DNA of 58,899 bases, filler included, from Sphacelaria rigidula (taxonomy: Eukaryota), in assembly GCA_964200075.2 (NCBI GenBank). It is 8 parts of 8 records of this genome, joined end to end, with 100 filler letters (N's around TTAATTAATTAA, not from the genome) between each part and the next. Parts side by side here need not be neighbours in the genome. Positions count along the whole stretch, not along the records: positions 44,251 to 51,525 come from CAXNAA020015669.1; positions 51,626 to 58,899 come from CAXNAA020015670.1; 6 more parts are not named here. One strand, 5' to 3'. Below are positions 50,496 through 58,899 of this stretch, piece after piece (position 1 is the first letter of the stretch; each line of letters begins with the position of its first letter). Both the position numbers and the translations under genes were made by a program. Under the pieces are notes generated by a model that saw only the letters and a list, made by a program, of their open reading frames with translations, searched no databases and was not told the origin of the DNA.

Positions 50496-50954
50496 TTACA
50501 TATCAAGGTACGATACTCACCACCTAGGTAGGAAGATGCCAGTTCAGTGGGCACCGAGGCTAGAGGACCCAAACACAATCATTAGTATCGAAGCCATTCA
50601 GTTCGACGTTACCAAGTGTAAAGTCAGCCACCGCACCAGTGGTCAGGTGGCATGCCATGAGCCGCGCTGGCTGCAGCACAACATGTGTTGCATGAAGGTT
50701 AGGCTTACATTTGTGAAGACCAGAGAATCCTCTGAGATAGCAGTCCATGATGGCGTAGATGCTCTTGTATTATTGGCGTACAGGCTAACTTGTGCTTTGC
50801 TAGTTAAGATGCATAGTCCAAAACGCTGTGGCCCAAGTGGGGTGGCCAAGTCAATCGAATCAAACAATGTAGTATGACCCATCAGGTACCAAGCATGACA
50901 AAGTATGACAAATGGAATCCAGTCGACTGGAACATGACCAATAAATCTGTAACA
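50496..50954. mobile_element. ~460-bp solo-LTR-like insertion splitting the RT domain
   Basis: RT reads WCGK(L)..YSHGRVLHDPVRLQG on either side; insert ends (TG)TTACATAT ... ATCTGTAACA. Confidence 0.7.
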
Positions 50955-51943
50955 TATATTCACACGGCCGCGTCTTGCATGATCCGGTCCGCTTGCAAGG
51001 TTCGTCTGACATGCGGCGTCCAGAAACAGCAGCAGAACTGATTCAACTCCTGCATGCAACAAACTGGTTGCGTACCTCGTTGCCACGTATGGCCGAAGTA
51101 GTGGCGCCCTTGCGCGTTTTCCTAGAAGAACTCATGGTGGGGGCTGCAAATCGCACGAAGCGGGTGGCCAAAAACCGCGTTGTTCCGTCCGCATCGTGGA
51201 CGGAGGACAGGCTGCAGGCATGGGCGGAAGCGAAGGATCTGGTGGCTTATGCCGTGACGCTGTTCAATCCCCGCCCCGGTTGTCTGGTGCTGATGTTTAC
51301 GGATGCATCCGAGTGTCATTGGGGTAGCTTTGTAACGCAGGCGCCTGATGCAGAAATGCAACAACGGTTGCCGGTTGAATACATGACGCATGAACCGCTG
51401 GCTTATCTTGGTGCTAATTTCAAGGGTTCACAGATGCGCTGAGCAACCATTTACAAGAAAGGTTTTGCTATCGTGAGCACGTTTCGTTGTCTACAGCATC
51501 AATTAACAGCCGATTTTATATTTTGNNNNNNNNNNNNNNNNNNNNNNNNNNNNNNNNNNNNNNNNNNNNTTAATTAATTAANNNNNNNNNNNNNNNNNNN
51601 NNNNNNNNNNNNNNNNNNNNNNNNNTGGAATTTTTTTTCATGACAAACACCACAAAAAATTGTTTTTGGGCGATGGGCTTCCATTTTAAACACAAACTTT
51701 TTTTTCCCCCCCCCCCCCCCCCCCTCCCGACACGAGCCACACGCACGAAATTGTCGCCAAAATCGACAATGTGACTACGAGAACGGCAGACGTAGCTCGC
51801 AGACAGCAGCGAGCACAAAACAGAGCAAGCCAAGCAGCGGAAACTTCGCCGGATCTTCCTCAGTGATGACCTTCCACGCCCTGGTCCCTTGCGGAGTAAC
51901 ACCTACGGCGAAGATATCCACGAGTGGTGGGTGCAGGGGCGCG

Positions 51944-51975
<32 letters not shown>

Positions 51976-52294
51976 GGGGGGCGTGCGTGGGGGGTGGGGG
52001 GGGGCGCACCGCACCGGGCCCCCCCCCAATCGCGGTACTGGCAACACCTCTACAGACAGTACAGGCAGGGCATCTATAAAGAGTGAGTGCAACCAACAGA
52101 ACACGCCGAGACAACAACGAGCAGATAAACGCCAAGTGCTTCGTCGGCGAAGACTGCGGCGAAAATAATTCCGTTTCAAACGCAGCATGATTGAGAGCAG
52201 ACAAACACCACTCCACAGCAATAGCCCATGACTCTAGCTCTTGATACAGGCGTTGTATCACACAAACGGAACGGCTCTTGACAGACAGTAATGC

Positions 52295-52600
52295 ACCTGT
52301 CTCGTCAGTGTTCCATCTGTAGTCGGTTGCTGGCTTCTCCCTGTCCACGTAGTCCTCACAGGTCGCGTAAAACTCCGGCATGCGATCTTCTTCGTCGGCC
52401 GCAACACCTTGTCGGCCTTGTAAATGCGGTTGCTGCGGTCACCTAGCTACGGGTACCTCCGAAGGAACAACACGAGCCATTTTCGACCTGAACATACTGT
52501 CGGGTCCTATGACACCGGTCGGTTGTCGCTCCAGAGTGCCATAACCGCCTGTTTCAGGCCATCTCTATTCAGGCTCGTTGACGAGCTGCGGCAAGTTTCA
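52295..52600 (-). pseudogene. pogo/Fot1-like (CENP-B HTH + DDE_1 start) transposase relic
   Basis: GRKWLVLFLRRYP*L..R followed, after a frameshift, by EFY..RWNTDETG (cf. IYNMDETG). Confidence 0.65.
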
Positions 52601-52611
52601 GCATATAATAG

Positions 52612-52901
52612 CCGATCCTAATTTTTGGGGTTGAAACAAAATATAGTGGTGATAGCAGAAGAAACCACAGGACATGCTTCCGCTGCGGAAAGCGAGGCCA
52701 CGTTAAGAAACGTTGCCCCACTCAAAACGCGGCCCAAACCCTGACGGGGGCAGAGAAGGAAAATAGGAAAGAAGGCACGTGGTACTTCTTCCACATGTCA
52801 ACAACCCATAGCGACGAAGAGTGCTGTTTCTTGCAACGGTGCAACCAGCAGGCAGCAAACAACCAGCAGGCAGTCAATCTTGCGCAGTGGTCAGGTGATC
52901 C
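52612..52901 (+). pseudogene. Retrotransposon gag fragment (probably copia-type)
   Basis: CFRCGKRGHVKKRC CCHC knuckle followed by WYFFHMSTTHSDEEC; no ATG, so absent from the ORF track. Confidence 0.7.
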
Positions 52902-53362
52902 TGTCGCAGAAGAAAAGTAAATGTATTGGTTAGGTGTGGAAGGTAGCCTTTAGATGGGTTGCGTCGGGTACACAAGGCAGATCCTAGGACCCTGTACAAC
53001 AGTATGCAACGGCTACCGTAATAATACAAGCTCTTTTCATAACGCCAAGACCATGCATACTTTTTGTTTCTTGAGTCGATTACAGCTTTGCAGAAGAGCG
53101 GCACGCAATGAGCATTGCGTATAGTCTGTAGGTTATTCCTTGGTCAAGAGTGAGTGATGTCGCATTCAGCGGTCAGCAATGGTGGAGTGCAGTTCATTAT
53201 CAAGTAGTGGCGAATATTGCTCTCAGAGATCGTTTGGGGCTTGCTTTGCTTCTAAACAGAAGGAGATCACAGGCAATCGCCTATCCCATGTTTTTAGTGT
53301 CTCATCCTCGAGCGGGTTAAGGTGTCAGGGCTCGCAGTTGAATCACTTCATAGTCTCCTCTA

Positions 53363-53614
53363 GACTAATGCCGAGATAGCTCCCCCCACAACAAGTGCAC
53401 CGGCACCATCCAACGAACCGGCTGCGATCCCACTATTGGGCTCGTTTGCAACAATTTCGCCCACATGAGAGGTGTGTAGCAGTCCGAAATCAACTATAAC
53501 GCCCAAATCAGTCGCGTTGTGCAGCACGAAACCAGCTTTAACGGCAGTTATGATCATCGCGTCCGTGCACGTTGTTGGCCGGTTTGGGGGGGGGGCTATC
53601 TCGGCAGCAGTCTC
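53363..53614. mobile_element. 252-bp MITE inserted in one LTR
   Basis: TIR GACT(AA/GC)TGCCGAGATAGC..CCCC; absent from the sister LTR. Confidence 0.88.
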
Positions 53615-53737
53615 TACAGGGTCATTATTTATCCTGTAACATCTCCCCTTTTAGATTTGCCAAGTGTTTTACCAGGCATACCTAATCGGGTTGAGACTAG
53701 CGCAATCAACCAGAGACCGTGTGACATTCAGGCGGCG

Positions 53738-53948
53738 CTTCATATACACGTCCTCGTAGTTTTCCACGAGGAAAATACGGGATAGAGACCCGTTTCGGCT
53801 GCACCCAGTTTCGTACACACTTCCCTGCAGTTCCTTGCGAGGAAAATACGGGATAGAGACCCGTTTCGGCTGCACCCAGTTTCATACACACTTTTCTATG
53901 GCTTTCCACCAGGAAAGTATAGGATGGAGGCCCGTTTTGGCTGCACCC
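53738..53948 (+). repeat. 71-bp tandem repeat x~3 near the PPT
   Basis: GAGGAAAATACGGGATAGAGACCCGTTTCGGCTGCACCC at 53768 and 53839, and diverged at ~53910. Confidence 0.9.
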
Positions 53949-54260
53949 GGATTCGGCTGTACCCGTGGGACCAGGTAACTTTCTCATCTTCTGCATCTCT
54001 GAGCTTGAATGCATGTTCCACCCTTGTTCATCCTGTCTCGGGTTCTCCACCTGTAGATCACTCACTCGGGGGGGGGGTGCGCGTCTGGTGGCATGGCTTC
54101 TGCTACCTATAGTTTGCCACCCGTTGTCGGTGTGTGCTGGATACCTCTCGCTCTAAACTGCTAATTTTACGCAGTTCCCCCCAGCTGAATTTCAACCACT
54201 CGTCGTACGGGTATCTCACGCGCTCGTATGGATCAAAGTAATCATGTAGCTCACCTGTCT

Positions 54261-54659
54261 CTACTCTATCGCCGACGTTCCCGGGACGTGTCTTATGATG
54301 CTTGCACTCCGTCTCTGTCGGGCCTTTTGCTCGTTTCCCTGCTTGGCCATGAGGACTACCTTAACCTGGTCTAGTTCACGTGTCAACGTTTGTTTCACAA
54401 AATTCTCAAGGCCTAACGCGGTGTCGGTGCTGTTCATTTGTCGTACAATAGTGTCTAGGGCAGCCGGGAAAGTACGGCCAAAGAGTATTTGAAATGGGGG
54501 CATGTTGGAAGGGACGGATGGATCCGGGAGTGTACATGTAGTCCAACACGCTGGGACTACGTACCCGTCCCACTTGTCGGACAATGTATCATTCATCCAT
54601 GCCCCTGCCCTTTCAACGGTACCTTGATCTCCTGGGTGATTTGCGGGTCGGTAGTCCAT
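54261..54659 (-). pseudogene. Gypsy integrase C-terminal fragment
   Basis: HPGDQGTVER..KWDGYV..PPFQILFGRTFPAALD. Confidence 0.75.
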
Positions 54660-57600
54660 TGATTACTCAAGTCATCTACATAAATACCTCACTCATGCTG
54701 CTGCGGGCTCCCGCCTTTTTTGCTGCAAATTAGTTTAGGCATAACGAACGTTCCACGCAGGATCAATAGTGGGATGCGGGCTTCACGATCACGAGCCCTA
54801 AAACTCTGGATCCCCGGGTGTCTTGCTGCGTATGTCGTGTTGTGCTCAAGGTCGCATGTATAATCGTTTTGTGGTGCGGTACTGACAATGGTATGGTTCG
54901 CGGTAGTCACAGAAGGGCTCTGGGACGTTACTACAAAAGGAAAAAGAAAGGAGAAAAACATATATTCTTCCGATAGATGGATGCGTGGGAGCTGATCGAG
55001 TCACCCACCATTGTACCTGTCATTTGGCGCCCCAACTCGATCCAGGATTTACCCGGTAGGGGATAGACCTGTGGAGGTTTCGCTTGTGCATACATTTCCT
55101 TTGCTGCATGGTGAAAAAACAAAAACAAAAAAAATCTCATGTGTGAAAGTTACTCGCAGGCGAGCAGACCTGGATATATCGATTATTTAATGCGGAAAAT
55201 GAGCCAATCCTTCTTTTTTTGTTGTTGTTGCGGCGTCGGTGTAGTATATTAATCGTGTTGCTCCCACGGCATATTTTCACATGTGAGTAGACACTGTGTG
55301 TTGCTTGGCATTTCATGGGTGATGGGGGGGAAATCATGCATCATGTACTGTATATTGTGAGTATAGTACATGTCGGCTCTGTATATGAAAAAATGTTTTA
55401 TCGCCGCTTTCTTGACAAAAGAAAAGAAAAGGATGAGCTCATATCTCGTATTAAACAAGCGTATATCAGTTCTTTTCAGCGCTGACAGGCAACCTATTTT
55501 GATATACGGTTCGGATCTTCTTAAAAAGTAAAAACTATAGAAAAACAAAATTGAGTAGCCATTCAACTCATGTCGGTGCTTACTCAGCCGGTTATCCTGA
55601 GTCTGGGTCGGGTGTGCATTGATACACCAAACAAAATTAGGGGAAAATAATGAATGAGGGTTGCTTGCGAGTAAACGATCCTGAAATTCGTTTTTTTTTT
55701 GTGCGGGACATGTGCCATTCCCCTCTTTTATTTCTTTCTTTTTTGTTGTCGGTATCTGTAATCTGATGACGGTTGGTACCTGTAGTCTGATGAACGCGCT
55801 ACCGTCACATAATGTGGTAATGTGTGATAGCTTTTCAAATTGATTGGCATTTCATATTTGTTGTCGATGGGGTGAGTGAGCATCGTGTTTCTTTCATGGC
55901 GAGAAAGGTACATGCCCGTTCAGAGGACAACAATTACCTCAGCGCGTGTCGCTTCATTGCCGTGATGTCCAAGAATAAAAAAAGGAGATGAGAGGAGCAA
56001 AAGAATAGAAAAAAAGGGACTGAGCTCATGTCTCGTATAATAAAAAAAAAAACGCACATTGGGTCCGTTTAGTCTAGCCAGCAATCTTTGTATCAACGAC
56101 TCGGGTAATGTTGATTTTGATGCCAGCGGTCACCCTTAGCCATGCGTGGGACGCTACCAGTTGCCCTGGATGTGAGTCAAGTCGATCGTTTTGTCCGTTA
56201 CGCTATGTCGTATGACCTATGTGGGGACTCATATTCATAACAGATAATTATGCGCTTATAGATTGAAAAGAAGGGACCTGCCGCACGTGGAGGGTTGGGG
56301 GGAAAACACGGCGTGTTGGGTCGCTTGTGGGAGAGTACAACCGGGTATACCGTTTTCTTTGTGGGAGTTTCGATCAATTTTTCCGATTGCGGCGGCGATT
56401 ACTGTTAGTTTGTTCGTTGCATGTATGGCGTATTTTGACAGTTGGGTTAATATTTCATGTTGATGGACTCGTTGAGTGTGCACCGTGTGGGTAGCATGCA
56501 TAGATTATACATGAGGTTTGTAATGAGTCACTTTTCATGCGAAAGTTGATCGTCGCCGCTGCCTGGGAAAATATGTTCGTTGACTCGAACAAAACAAAGG
56601 GTACATCCGTTATGTTCAGTCCGCGCGAGTCACCAGTTGATTTGAGTGTGCCTGGGCAGTGTTCTAGTTTTCAAGTCCTCGGAACGATGTCCCAAAATCG
56701 AATGTTCACGGACAGTTCTCATCATGCTGCCCTGTATTACGCGTGTAGTCTATAGTTGCACCACTCACAGTTTGTCTTGCCAGTCGTGTGAGTGCTCAGG
56801 TTTGTGGTTATTACTTGCCAGCCTCCTGTGCGGATAATATTTTGGTGTTTCTCAGGACGGTGTGATCGCTACGGGGACATGTCTTGGGCTACAACCCGTA
56901 CTGTACGGATCATCTGTATTCAGTAGTACAGAGTTGTACGGGTAATAGATACGGGTACCGCAGTGCCTGTGTCGGTGGGACAGGATGGGGTGCTGATCCC
57001 ACCGCCGCTGGTTAAGGGTCATTGCTTGCCTTCGTTTGCTAGGATGATTTCCTGTGCGACCACGTCCAAATCATGTGGGATAACTGGGGTGTGTCTACCA
57101 TGCAAGGAAGCCAAGGACATAAAAAAAAGATAATATACGGACCCTGTAGGGCAGTTTGCTGAGGCGTTAATAAGCAAAAATCTGGCACTGGGCCCACACA
57201 TCACATTGTGCTGCAGTGAGACAGACAGCTGCTACCACCAATCACCAAGGATACAGCAGCTCCGTGTTGGATCAATCTTTTTGCCTCAACCTGCATGCAC
57301 CTGCCTTGCGTGTCTTCTGCGGTACTGCGAGTATGGTTACTGCAGACCGAACAGACAGCTGCACACTCACCACCTGATTGTTTGAAAACTTGATTCTGCC
57401 GCATTTTTATCCCAACTCGATTCCGTGCGGACGGAAACAGAGCATGCAGCATTACAACTGCTCACGCGCTCTTCAGCGCACATCGCACCGAGGTCGCCGT
57501 ACGGGCTTTAGATGCACTACGGCACGGCAACAACTACCGCATTGCGGTGGTTAGGTCGGGAAGCGCCTTGCTTGATCACTCAATACGCAACAGCCAAGAC

Positions 57601-58899
57601 CCTCTGACCGTTTGAACATTAAAAAAGATAGTAAACAACACTGCCTGCCTTGCAACATTTCTCTCAGCGACGAATGCAGTGTCAAAACCTGAACAACTCA
57701 TATGTAGCTTCAGCGGAGGTATATTTGATGTTGAGTGATTGCGTTTGCCTCTCCTGCTCTCTCGAATTGGGCACCATGTCGCAGAAAAAAAGTAAATGCA
57801 CTGGTTAGGTGTGGAAGGTAACCTCTAGATGGGTTGCGTCGGGTACACAAGGCATATCCTAGGACCCTGTACAACAGTATGCAACGGCTACCGTAATAAA
57901 ACAAGCTCTTTACATAACGCCAAGACCATACATACCTTTCGCTTCTTGAGTCGATTATAGCTTTGCAGAAGAGCGGCACGCAATGAGCATTGCGTATTGC
58001 ACGTAGGTTATTCCTTGGTCAAGAATGGGTGATGTCGCATTCAGCGGTCAGCGATGGTGGAGTGCAGTTCACTATCAAGTGGCGAACACTGCTCTCAGAG
58101 ATCGTTTGGGGCTTGCTTTGCTTCTAAACAGAAGAGAATCACAGGCAATCGCCAATCCCATGTTTTTAGTGTCTCATCCTCGAGCGGGTTAAGGTGTCAG
58201 GACCCGCAGTTGAATCACTTCATAGTCTCCTCTATACAGGGTCATTATTTATCCTGTAATAGTTGTGCCCAAATTATAACTGGAAAGCGATCCCTGAAAC
58301 CCTACCCCCAATTCGTGTACTTTAGGTACTACTTTCAAGATACCCCGCAATTTGTCAGGCAAATGGTATGTATGAATGTAAACAATCAGACACAGATTTA
58401 CCTTTGTTGACGAATGCAGCAACTAGTCTCAGTCTGGGCAGTAACAGCAGTAGCAGTACAGGTGCAACCAAGAGAAGGGTCTGACTAGTACACCGGTTGC
58501 TGTATCTCCGTAGAACTTGCTGTAAGTATGCTGGATTCTTCTGGAAACAATTCCAGAACGTTCTTCGTAGATCTAGATGATTCTGGATTCTGTGTATGTG
58601 GGGAAGTGTTGGAATATTCAATGTCAGTCATTGGTAACGACTACTATCTATCGTAGGTTATCGTAAACAAGTAAGAAATCATTTGAGTGTTCCAGAAATA
58701 GTCTGCGGTATATTCTGCGGTACATTATGTTTCCAGAACAAGTTATCGGGGGATTCATCGGGAGTTATCGGTTGTAATATCCCGCGAGTGTTCTAGACGT
58801 GTGGAAGTTCTGGAAGTTCATTAGCTAATCGGTCGGCTCGCACACTTGGTGCTCGCCCACCTGATCACTCTCCTCTACTACTTCTCTTCTTCATCACCA

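Larger units (their letters stand above)
47000..51500 (+). mobile_element. Decayed Ty3/gypsy retrotransposon gag-PR-RT-RNaseH (cut by the contig end before the integrase)
   Basis: Zn knuckle CFQCGQVGHYAREC (48306-48347), protease-like AVLDLGAHF, RT motifs FRLVSDY, LDLLQGYWQ, PQGVLNA and IWVDD, RNaseH FTDASECHWG..HEPLAYL; stops and frameshifts present; LTRs not delimited. Confidence 0.92.
52902..58261 (-). mobile_element. Two-LTR non-autonomous retroelement with PBS and PPT
   Basis: ~485-bp direct repeats TGTCGCAG..TGTAACA (52902-53641, including a MITE) and TGTCGCAG..TGTAATA (57777-58261); on the - strand, PBS TGGTGCCCAA directly follows one LTR and PPT AAAAGGGGAGA directly precedes the other; no TSD seen. 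Confidence 0.85.

Noticed and set aside
51945-52012. Poly-G tract giving Pro/Gly-rich ORFs
   Set aside because: Homopolymer, possibly of unreliable length; no coding evidence
52874-53104. Duplicated small ORFs (with 57710-57979, 53179-53379 and 58054-58410)
   Set aside because: They lie inside the two LTRs, so the similarity reflects the LTR duplication, not paralogous genes

Overview
Eukaryotic, intron-rich, repeat-dense DNA, most likely from a brown alga or related stramenopile (inferred from gene structure and element types, not from a search). The window is not one locus. It is eight unrelated contigs of 7275 bp (the last is 7274 bp) joined by an artificial 100-bp spacer (44 N + TTAATTAATTAA + 44 N), so nothing should be inferred across the spacers. 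Host genes: a 3'-truncated multi-IQ-motif/coiled-coil gene (+, 10929-13995), four exons of IMP4 (-, 25321-28090, 5' end missing), a phase-consistent multi-exon gene of unknown function (-, 17753-21053), and a possible low-complexity first exon (2111-2796). Mobile DNA: a decayed Ty3/gypsy gag-pol with nested insertions (47000-51500), a two-LTR non-autonomous retroelement with PBS and PPT (-, 52902-58261), integrase, PIF/Harbinger, pogo-like and gag relics, and several MITE families (Sola-like GAG..CTC with 4-bp TSD, piggyBac-like TTAA, TA-flanked). The best candidate for something undescribed is a ~300-bp TIR-less, hairpin-rich repeat found nine times, nearly always abutting C/G runs. Its identity is a hypothesis only. 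No CRISPR array, rRNA or intact tRNA is supported.
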